From Eledone cirrhosa (lineage: Eukaryota), in assembly GCA_964016885.1 (NCBI GenBank), contig OZ024745.1:57412001-57476000 (forward strand): DNA of 64,000 bases. The letters are read 5' to 3'. Shown one piece after another: positions 53,393 to 64,000 of the stretch (positions are counted from its first letter, which is position 1; each line of letters opens with the position of its first letter). Below the pieces are notes generated by a model. The model searched no databases. It had not been told where the DNA came from and worked only from the letters and a program-made list of their open reading frames with translations. Both the position numbers and the translations under genes were made by a program.

Positions 53393-53864
53393 ACGCGTAT
53401 TGTTGTATTGTTGTTTACCACACGCCATTATGTGTTGCAATTTCGTACATGTTAGCTTCACTTATTTGAATCTTCATTGAATCCCTTGCAACTAAGTTTA
53501 TGTAATCTAAATGTGAATGTATTTTAAATAACATTTATAGAAGCCTGGAATAAACATTGATAGTATCACCAAATGAAATTATTGCATATGTGGAAATAAA
53601 TTCCAACCATATACCTTCTTGGTTTGAACCACTTATTGTACGATAACACAACGTTTGTATAGCCAATTTCTGTAAATGTGTTGCTTAGGGAGAATATGTC
53701 AAACATATTTCACCAAGCACAGTTGAAAACAAACCTATTTCTATAAACTATTACTTCCTCTATTAATGATGTATCTCTGAGTCTCTATCTGACTCTATGT
53801 CACTCTGATTTTATGTATATATTTATATATGTGTGTGTGTGTGAGTGTGTGGTGTGTGTGTTAC

Positions 53865-53931
53865 ATATGTATATCTATCTCTATCTATATTATACATATA
53901 TGTATATATCAACACACATACGTACAAGATA

Positions 53932-53992
<61 letters not shown>

Positions 53993-54048
53993 ATCTTGTA
54001 CATATTTGTATTGATGTATACATATATGTATAATATAGATAGAGATAG

Positions 54049-54058
<10 letters not shown>
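53865..54058. repeat. ~68-bp inverted repeat centred on a (TA)n tract
   Basis: ATATGTATATCTATCTCTATCTATATTATAC...TACAAGATAT pairs with ATATCTTGTA...GTATAATATAGATAGAGATAGATATACATAT. Confidence 0.85.
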
Positions 54059-54086
<28 letters not shown>

Positions 54087-54090
54087 AATA

Positions 54091-54140
<50 letters not shown>

Positions 54141-54411
54141 CATACATACATGCAAGTATACACAAATGCATAGGTAGATGCATTCGCAAGTACATACATG
54201 CGTACGTGCATACATACATAGGCGCATATATATATATTTTCATTATGATAATGAATATATCGGCTGATCTAAAAATTGTATAAGAGAAATTATGCAGCAA
54301 GCTCTCCGCTCATTTGAATAAGTTGCTGTCATAATCATAGCCCAACACTCTTTTTATTAGTATTTTTTGAAGATTGCTACACAACGTCGTATCTCTTCAG
54401 ATTAAGTTGGA

Positions 54412-54462
<51 letters not shown>

Positions 54463-56994
54463 GGGCGGGTAAAATTCCCAAGATGATATATATATATATA
54501 TATCAATATCATTTCCATGAAATATTGACTCTAACAAATCTAAATGCAATTGTATCTTATTTTGTATTCCTATGAAATAATAATCTTTTGAAATGTATTA
54601 GTGATTTCTTGTTGCGCATTCTCCCGACTTTGAATTGCATCATGAAACTAACAATACGTTTATATCTTTTGAAATGATTTCAGATTAAATTCCATTATAT
54701 TCACTCTCAATCGAGAAGATGTACGTAGGATCGCAGTGAATTATATTTTTTGTTATAATTCTTTCGTCCACTCTTCTAATATTAATCCGACGTACTCTGT
54801 ATTCCTGTCATTTTAGATGAAATTGAATACAGGGAAATTCAAACAAAAACGAATTAGTAATAATTGAAAATATCTAGAAAATCAATTGAAATAAGAATAC
54901 AATGTAATATCAAAGGATTACGTTACAAGAATATGATTGGGAAAAGCGTGAATATACGTTAGAGTAAGGAAGAAAAGTGTTCTTGGAACATGCAAGAAAG
55001 CCAGCGAAAATATACAGACAAATGAGTGACAATGAGTGAGAAAGCAAAAAAAAAAAAAAAAAAGAAATGTTAATATTGCAAAATGTTCATTTTCAGATAT
55101 CATAATTGAAAAGAATTTATACAATAAATCAACTCTTACGAATTTAATGATGAGGCAAACTCAAATATTTTCATCGAGACATACGACATCTCATGCAAAT
55201 AAAAGGAAACAAAACAAACAGAAACCAAAACACAAAGAAAACAATACAAAGAAAATCAAAACGAAAAAATATATATAATAATATTTATAAGAAAACTTCG
55301 TGTTTACATATTTAATTGTTTTATAGTAGCCAGATTAGTATTTTTGCATATGGTTACAGAACCAAATTAGCATGAACCCAGCACGAATTAATTAAGCTTT
55401 AATTAACAACGTGAAGCGTAGGAAGAGCGGAATAATGTCCATTTGAATGTCTTTATTAAGCTTTTGGCATTGAAAATCCACTACATACTATTGCCGTGTT
55501 TACTTTCGGTACTTGGTAGGTAGAGTGGGACACACAATAGAATCCTGAATGGAAATTTAATTAAATCGATCTCACATTCATTTCAGTTGTTACCACTTAA
55601 TTTTTTCCATGTCCTTTGAGAATTTCTATATTCATGCAAAAATAACTATGCAAGATACTATTAGTATTTTCAATATTTATTCTGAAATAAATACATAAAA
55701 TCTGGAATCAAATTTCGACTCCATCAATCCATTGCTGTATTATGTTGCAAAATATTTAGATATGGGAGGGGGACATATTACCGGTACTTGACTGGCAGTA
55801 TTCTTTCATCGTATATGAATAGAAATAATTGCCATGAGTAACATGTGTAAATGAAATTTAATTTAAGGCAGTTTGTCAAAGCTCTGTCAATCATGTCATT
55901 CAGCGTCTACAGTTCTTCAGAAGCCTAATTGTGTGAAACCTTAAATTCACTCTATATCCACTTTCATTTTGTTTCCCAAAACATTTAAAGCAAAACTTAT
56001 CGTTTAGATCTATGTTCACTCAAGGACATTTGAACTAAAACAATATGATTTGTTTGTCGATCAATGACTACCTGGTTCATCGTTACTTGCATATTAAAAA
56101 GATGAATAGGTGAATGGAACACCAGGTCTTTTAACCCAACGTGTGACCAGGCAACACTCTGATAAAGTGGAACACTTTTATGAGATTTATCGGTAAATTT
56201 ATATTTACTCAATTATCTATTCAGGAGTTTACAGGCAGTATGTTTAGGTTTCCATAAATTCATATCATCATTCGATCTAGGCTATATTTTCATGATATAT
56301 ATTTTAAAAGTGTCTTTAAATATGCATTAGTTGAAATTGATTTATCTTCTCAAATTATATCGTCCCGAAAAGTTTGCTTTCGTTTGCCTGGCTTGTAATA
56401 AAGATAATTCTTGTGCCTGCTATTTTGAAAGTACACAACTCAGATATTGATACCAAATCCTATTTCACATAAGTATCTAGTTGAATTAAATGCAAATTCT
56501 ATATCTTCTAATATAATGAACCAATACAATTAAGAGCAAAAACCACTTTGCCTGAGGATTATCAGTGAATAAATCTCGAACTACAATATTTACTTCGGAG
56601 AGCTCACGTATCACCCTAATAAAATGTATCAGACACTATATATATTGTCTAATTATTTTTTATATTATTTCCGTTAGTTAAATAAATAACATACGTCGAA
56701 GCAACAACGCAAAAACAAAAACAAAAACATTTAAAAAGATATTTCTCGCATAAATTTGGTGTAATAAACACTATTCCATATTCACGAAAAATAGCATTAA
56801 ATTATACTTTATGAAATAAAGGTTGTTTTTATTTTAAAATATACACTTGAATTAGAATTAATTATACATTGTAAAACGATTGGAATATTTAATGTAATGA
56901 CGATAATAACATTAATAAATAATTTTGCTATTTGCATCAGACAAATCAATTCAAAGGAATACAAATATACGCGACCACCCACATACCTAGTAAA

Positions 56995-57033
<39 letters not shown>

Positions 57034-57135
57034 TCTCTCTCCCTCTTTCTCTTTCTCTCTTTATTTCTCTCTCTCTCAATCTATTTACCTCTCGCTCTCT
57101 CTTTATATAAATATATATATATATATAAATAAATG

Positions 57136-57478
57136 TAAGTATGTATGTATGTATACGTACATACATATATGTATACAGACGTACAGTAGTATGTATATAT
57201 ATATATACATAGATGCACAGATATATATATGCACGTATCGGTTTACCGAACATTTATTATGATGCTTGGTTTGTTTCTTTGTAAACAAACAGCCCGAATT
57301 ACGCCGTACAGTGTTTAGGCAACCACGTCACCGTGCATATATATATATGTGCATGTATGTATATATATACATACTACTGTACGTCTGTATACATATATGT
57401 ATATACGTATACATACATACTTACATTAAAGTAAGTGCCGTACTAAGAGTGAGAAATGAAATTTCGTTTCATTATATT
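57136..57478. mobile_element. ~415-bp repeat family, locus 2 (diverged, inverted fragments, hammerhead segment absent)
   Basis: ACCGAACATTTATTATGATGCT..GTAAACAAAC in one orientation, then CATACTACTGTACGTCTG...GCCGTACTAAGAGTGAGAAATGAAATTTCGTTTC in the other. Lies between (TA)n tracts. Confidence 0.75.
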
Positions 57479-57519
<41 letters not shown>

Positions 57520-59189
57520 ATTAAATAAATGGAAACTATATTTATAAAACCATATTTATTTCATTATATATATTTCATTATATATATTTAATATTGTAAA
57601 TATACTCCAAATATTTGTCGAGTGCTTTTATATCAGTTATAAATATTTACTAGTTGTAACCCAACAATTTAAATATAACTTTCCATATATATATATATAT
57701 ATATATGTATATGTTTCTGTTTGTATGCGCTTGTACATGCTTGTGTATGTGTGCATGTGAACAAGTCTTGGTTGACTTACGAATCATTGACAAATTTGAA
57801 ATTTGAAAATACAGTCTCCAATGATTGCAAAATATTCGCAACAATATATTCAAACTTCAAATTTCATAATACTTCGTATGTTAACCAATATTGATAATAA
57901 TATGAAGTCATACGGGTAATTAACAAAAAGTATTCACAGCCGGAAATTGTTACGTTCATCGTATTAAAGTTATCGTTGTCGGTTATCTTCTGACGAATTT
58001 CATAGTGACACGGCCGGCCCCTTGTGTCATAGATACAAATTATTTTTTAACATCTGAATGGGCTGGATGGAATAATGTGAAATAAATCGTCTTGTTCAGC
58101 GCGGAAATCTACGACCGGAAAAGGAAATCACGACATTACGTCCGTAAGTCAAACACAAAAAAGTGACATGCCATATATTTACAATCAGATCATTATAGAA
58201 ATACAATTGAAAATATATCAATGCATTCATCTAAATATGCAGCGACAGCCTGAAAAACAATTATGTGGCATCGTCTTATGCCAATAATATGGTGAATGCT
58301 AATACTAATTATATTCCCCGTCTCTCTAACTCCTTCCCTCTCTAACACACACCTAACAGTAGGGTCTTCTAATAAAATGCGGTTGTCAAGTGGCACCAGC
58401 ATTGGGCTAGATTTTCTGGGGTGTGTTAATTTGATATCTTCATCACTATATATCTCTTTCTTCCAAGGACTTTTGAAAATAGCTATTTATATATAGCCTT
58501 CAACAATCTATCTTTTTATTGAACTGTCTATTTATGTATGCATCCACATGTCTGAATGTTTCTATAACTGCCCGTCCGATTTTTACAAACGTACGAAGTT
58601 CCCAATTGAACCTGAACAAATCCCGTCTTTAGGTTCTGAAAATATCTAATCCTTTAGTAATAGCGGTCGTACCTGCTGAAATTGTGTAACAAACCCTATC
58701 CGTGAAATATATTTGACCAGGAGGGATAAATCTTCTGTAATGTGAAATGAAGTCCTCCTACAAACCATCCAACAATACCTCGACATCATCCCTCAGGTGG
58801 TTGATCTCTCGGACGGCGCCCGTTTTGCCAGAAGAGAGAAGGTCGCAATTTGGTGGTACCGCCAACCACTGAAAGTCCATCTTCCAGCAAATGGCTAAGA
58901 TGAGAAAAAATCTCACAATTGTCAAAGCCACAAACATGGTCGCCGATAACAAGAGAGGATTCGGAGATTCGACACTAGCAGCGACACCAAAAAATAGCAA
59001 ATTTACCGAAATATACTTCGGCATATGTGATGGTGAACAAACAAGTAGCTGTAGCATCAGCAGCAGCAGTTGTGACTGTCAATGGCAACATGGCAGCATG
59101 AAAATCAGCAGCCACAGCAATGTCAAACCTTTCAAGCTCAAACTCACAATTTCCAATTAAGGCATAAAAATTGAGATTATTTCACTTCA

Positions 59190-59800
59190 CCTAATCCACC
59201 TTTGTCGACGTGTGCTGCGGCATCAGAGACATAAATGAGTTGAATAGAAAACTGCCTCTGTAAGGATGTTGGGAAAGACTCCTGTCCATATAATAAATGG
59301 GCTGCTGAAATATAAAAGAGGTGTTTGGAGAGATGCAAGGAGGATTGGATGCAAATAGGGGGGGGGGGGGCGTTTGAAGATAGAATGAAGGTGGAGAAAG
59401 AAGGATTTTAGATTGGACATGATGCTCCATCTAAGACAAGCAAGAGTGGAAAATAGACGTTGAAACGATGGTGATAAGGAGGAGGAGAGATCAGTGTGGT
59501 AAGAAGGTGGAGAAGGGACAAGAATGAGTCCTGCGGTAGGCCAGAGGAAACTACGTGAGGTGATGGAGCGAAGAGACGAAAAAACATAGAATTAGAGAAG
59601 TTGGGAGAGGAAACAAAAGCAGGCACCGTGATGGGAGAAATAGAATGGTGATATGCTGATGGTGAGAAATTAGTAGTTGGAAGAGAATGATGGAGGGAAA
59701 GTGGTAGTAAGTATATTGGTGTAAAGCAAAAATCTATCATAAAATCCAGTGATCTGAAAATATATTCAAGTGGAAGTTCAAGTAGAGCCCGGGAAAAAAT
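59190..59800 (-). mobile_element. Decayed LINE reverse transcriptase fragment (CR1/L2-like)
   Basis: SPHVVSSGLPQDSFLSLLHL resembles the non-LTR RT motif VxSGVPQGSxLxPLLF. No intact YADD motif was seen. Confidence 0.55.
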
Positions 59801-60370
59801 CCATTCTATGAATCCGACAATATACATATATACATATAATTGTTATTTGTAAGAAAGTGCTAAAGACAATGTATGATTAATTTCCGAATTTCCTAATAAA
59901 ATTTATTCTCATGCACTAAAGTTTATAAATAATCTAGATAAAATCCCACCATGAATGGAATCAACAATCTACTTCCACATATACACAACGAAGTGTTATA
60001 TTCTAAGGTATAGGTATCATGACATTCCCAAGCAATGTGGCCCATTATGTATTAATTACTCGTTTAATGTGGACGCAAGAAACCAGGTATATTCGCCTCA
60101 TTTGTCATCTATTTTTGATGTGTTTGTTTATAGTATAATAATTTTAAAAATTCCATTTCAATACAACTTATTTAAACTCACAAGATATTTGCTAAATCAT
60201 TATCCTCAATAATCACATGGTTCTTCTATTTAATTCTAGCTTCATAATAGATTGGACAATACGCCAATTATTTTTTCATGAATACAGACGTGAGATATAT
60301 GTAGGAGAATGAGTAATCATGTAGTATACAATACGTGATCCTAGTTTTCAAATAATAAATGTTGGAAGCC

Positions 60371-60455
60371 TTTCATCCTTACGGGGTCGATAAAATAAAG
60401 TACCAGTAATGAACTGGGTTATTGCTGGCCTTGTGCCTAAAGTAGAAACAAATAT
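60371..60455 (+). mobile_element. 5'-truncated SINE
   Basis: 3' half of the family only. 12-bp TSD ATGTTGGAAGCC at 60359-60370 and 60456-60467. Confidence 0.9.
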
Positions 60456-60640
60456 ATGTTGGAAGCCGGATATAAAATCGAATTTGTGAAATTGTTAGAG
60501 GAAATTAACTTATTTTTCGAATTACAATTATTTAGCTCATGTGATTGTATGTAAATGTAATGAGAATTTGTTTGACGAACATTATGCTCAAATCATTCGA
60601 TATAATAATCTAAATTATAGATTATATGTATTTTAAATAA

Positions 60641-60823
60641 ATAATTGTTTCTACTTTTAGGCTCACGGCCAGCAATTATCCCAGTGTATTACTGGTACTT
60701 TATTTTATCGACCCAGTAAAGATGAAAGGCAAAGTTAATCTCGGCGTGATTTGAACTCAGATCATAAAGGGCCGTAACTCTATGCTGCAAAGCATGGCGT
60801 CCGACCCTCTACCCATACCGCTA
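60641..60823 (-). mobile_element. tRNA-derived SINE
   Basis: Same family, reverse strand. Confidence 0.88.
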
Positions 60824-61218
60824 AAATAATGAAGTACATTTTGACTTTTCTCAACTGTCCTAATTAAAAGTTAAAATATGTGAATACATACATACAGTAT
60901 TTAATGTTAACTTTAGCCCAATTTGCATATCGAGTGGGTTAATCGGCCGGGTGCACCGAAAACGATAAACGGAAAAAATGAAACGAAATTTCATTTCCCA
61001 CTCTTAGTACGGCTGTTACTTAAATATAAATATGTACACGTACATATATATATGAATACAGACGTACAGTAGTATGTATATATACATACATGCACACATA
61101 TATTTATGTACGTATGGATTCACCGAACATTTATTATAATGCTCGGTGTGTTTGTAAACAAACACCCCGTATTAAGCCGTAGTGTCCTGCAACCATCGTT
61201 GCTCGTTTGTTCAACACT

Positions 61219-61283
61219 GACAAAGGAACGCTGTACTAGTTTCAAGCTTATTAGCTATCGTCAGCAACGTATACCGTCCTGCC
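61219..61283 (-). ncRNA. Type I hammerhead ribozyme motif, copy 3
   Basis: Same core as 49604-49668, reverse strand. Confidence 0.8.
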
Positions 61284-61802
61284 AGATTGTTGAACGTATA
61301 TACTTACCTTATGCATATTAACGGCTGAGTAGCCCAATTTGCATATCGAGGGGGTTAATCGGCCGGGTGCACCGAAAACGATAAACGGAAAAAATGAAAC
61401 GAAATTTCAGTTCTCACTCTTAGTACGTATGTGCGTGTACATACTTAAATATAAGTATGTACACGCACATACATATATGTATACGTACGTACAGTAGTAT
61501 GTATAAATATATACATACATGCACACATATATATATGTACGTATGGATTCACCGAACATTTATTATAATGCTCGGTGTGTTTGTAAACAAACACCCCGTA
61601 TTAGCCGTAGTGTCCAGTAACCATCGTTGCTCGTTTGTTCAACACTGATAAAGGAAGCCGTACTTAGAGTGGGAAATGAAATTTCGTTTCATTTTTTCCG
61701 TTTATCGTTTTCGGTGCACCCGGCCGATTAACCCACTCGATATGCAAATTGGGCTACTCAGCCGTTAATATGCATAAGGTAAGTATATACGTTCAACAAT
61801 CT

Positions 61803-61867
61803 GGCAGGACGGTATACGTTGCTGACGATAGCTAATAAGCTTGAAACTAGTACAGCGTTCCTTTTTC
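61803..61867 (+). ncRNA. Type I hammerhead ribozyme motif, copy 4 (predicted cleavage after A61852)
   Basis: CGTTG-CTGACGA(61822-61828)-TAGCTAATAAGCTT-GAAA-CTAG-TA-CAGCG. Confidence 0.8.
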
Positions 61868-61872
61868 AGTGT

Positions 61873-61957
<85 letters not shown>

Positions 61958-61960
61958 ATG

Positions 61961-62017
<57 letters not shown>

Positions 62018-62249
62018 GGGTAAATTTTCAACCATATATATTTTTATATACTTTTATATGTACTTGACCCGAATTAGACGGTCGTCTTTTCGCTGTGCGG
62101 ATGATTAGTTTAACCACCATCTCAGTGTGTTTGGCCTTTAACGTAAGTTGTAGCTCTAATTCATATGAATTATCGAGCGCTTGCCACACAACTCGGAAGT
62201 GTTTTTCGTTAACTCCTGAGCTGAAATTCGATTCTCGCTAACTTTTACT

Positions 62250-62296
<47 letters not shown>

Positions 62297-62352
62297 TTCG
62301 TTTCTGAATTTGTTTAGCAAGATTCTTTATTTGAAAAAGTGTGTTCAAAACG

Positions 62353-63166
62353 ATATTGTTATACTTTGGGAGGGTCATGTTGCCAATAAGAAAAACACGC
62401 ACCAGTTGCTTTCACTTCAATTTATTATAACAAATTTATGTGTTATATCCGGGTGTCTGTGTGTGTTTATATTCGTTTATTTATTTGTTTATTTACATGT
62501 TACTGGTTGGTTGTTCGTTCTATGTGCGTGTGTGTTTTCATTTTGTCCTTAATTTTAAGTTGTGATGTTGCTGTTCCACTCATGTTTTCTATTTAATTTT
62601 GGTTGTAATTCATTTATGTTTATTGCCTCTGTGATTTGTCTAAACATGGCGTCTTTTCTGTGTGTAGATTCTATTCTATTTCTATGTTCTCTAATTTACC
62701 CTTTAGGCAATAAACATAAATGAATTACAACGAAAATTAAATAGAAAATATGAGTGGAACAGCAACATCACAACTTACAATTAAGGACAAAATGAAAACA
62801 CACACGCTCATAGAATGAACAACCAACCTGTAACATGTAAATAAACAAATAAATAAACGAATATAAACACACACAGACACCCGGATGTAACACATGCGCA
62901 AACTAAGCACACAACACACACACAAAAACATGATGGCGTAGGACAGAACGAAGGAGAGGCACAAAAACAAAGAAAATAATCCCCAGTCACTGAAGAGGTC
63001 ACAGAATGTGTGACGAAAGAACTTTGACAATATATAAACAACCATCTGGTTGTGGAACCAACCAACCAACCGGAAATTTATAAATTCCTAAATTTACAAT
63101 AATAAATTTAAGTGAAAGCAACTGGTGCGTGTGTTTCTTATTGGCAACATGACCCTCCCAAAGTAT

Positions 63167-63174
<8 letters not shown>
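62353..63174. mobile_element. Asymmetric inverted-repeat element (inverted pLTR-like) ending in (TA)n
   Basis: 62353-62428 pairs with 63098-63174, and ~62439-62600 pairs with ~62733-62894. The right arm has ~200 extra bp containing a hammerhead motif. Confidence 0.82.
62986..63028 (+). ncRNA. Minimal type I hammerhead ribozyme-like motif
   Basis: GTCA-CTGAAGA-G-GTCACA-GAATG-TGTGAC-GAAA-GAAC-TT-TGAC: 4-bp stem I, 6-bp stem II, minimal stem III, CUU triplet, and one extra G before stem II. Confidence 0.65.
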
Positions 63175-63222
<48 letters not shown>

Positions 63223-64000
63223 CATATGTAGAAAAATATTTTCTGCACATGCGTATTCGTATAATTGCTTTTTCTTTTCCGTATAAATTCATTTAAAGTA
63301 AGCTGATGATCCGACTAACGTGAAACAATTATTTTCGAAAATGCTGAATTAACTGTTGTGGAACTACTTCTCTCTATATATACATATACACAAAATAAAA
63401 TTAATGACTATTGCCAAATAACCTATGAGAAATCCATTTAATTGATGTATACCAGATTGAAGTTGCATTTGGTTGCTCGTTGGCAAATAATTCAGAATCT
63501 ACTTGATGTTTATCACTGGATTGAACGTAACCTATCATTTGTTTTAACTACGCGTGTCATTCAAAGCACCTTTAGCCTGTACAAATGTCAAATAAGATTA
63601 TGCACTTTACTGTATAATATTATTAACTTAAAATCTGTGTATCAATTTTCTTAGCTAAGTGGCCAAAACCATTTGGAAAGCTGAATGGCATAACAGTTAT
63701 ATTTATGGCTTGTTAAATATAATTGATTAAAAGATAAATGAGATGAAATAAATTGAGCAACGTGCATTAATTGAGTTATATAGGTGTAATGGAATGTGTG
63801 TTGAATGACGTACGCAACTAATGTTCAATTATTCGAAATTGTTCTCTTATTTATGAATGAGAATTAAAGATGAAATCCATATTTACAAATTCTTTTGCTT
63901 TCTTAGTGCGGATTCTGACACTCGTTAAAAATACACAATTAAAGTAGTGGCATGTTTCCATCTTATTAAATCAAATTCAATAGTAAACCCAAACTCATGT

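Larger units (their letters stand above)
60916..61872. mobile_element. ~415-bp hammerhead-bearing repeat family, locus 3 (1.8 tandem units plus an inverted half unit)
   Basis: GCCCAATTTGCATATCGAG occurs at 60916 and 61332 (period 416). The strand switches at ~61656 and the element ends in (TA)n. Confidence 0.88.

Noticed and set aside
55997-56212. Possible host exon on either strand
   Set aside because: No recognisable domain and no convincing splice-site pair. RNA-seq or BLASTX would be needed.
58193-59160. Coding-like stretch with short ORFs
   Set aside because: It is interrupted by stops and has no motif I can recognise. It may be decayed transposon sequence, but I cannot support a call.
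63303-63335. CTGATGA-TCCGACTAACGT-GAAAC hammerhead-like string (similar weak hit TTGATGATGCCGAAAC at ~41875)
   Set aside because: Stems I-III do not pair convincingly; could be chance.

Overview
Eukaryotic, gene-free, repeat-dominated window. The SINE family and the dense (TA)n/(TG)n tracts resemble an octopus/cephalopod genome (inference from recall, not searched). Bases 1-28314 are a 20-bp satellite (CCCCGTTTTTTATTTGGGTG) with nested higher-order repeats. The satellite abuts a truncated Helitron, which lies head-to-tail with a second decayed Rep/Pif1 Helitron (28312-~34545, minus strand). The AT-rich remainder holds tRNA-derived SINEs, a non-autonomous Helitron, LINE remnants and many tandem or inverted repeats next to (TA)n. 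The main result is that several of these repeats carry type I hammerhead ribozyme (HHR) motifs. A ~415-bp retrozyme/Penelope-pLTR-like family has four motif-complete HHR copies and shows a strand switch at all three of its loci, one almost exactly at the predicted cleavage site. Several other families carry near-intact or decayed HHRs. No host protein-coding gene is supported; the long + strand ORFs are satellite artefacts. Coordinates were read by eye and may be a few bases off.
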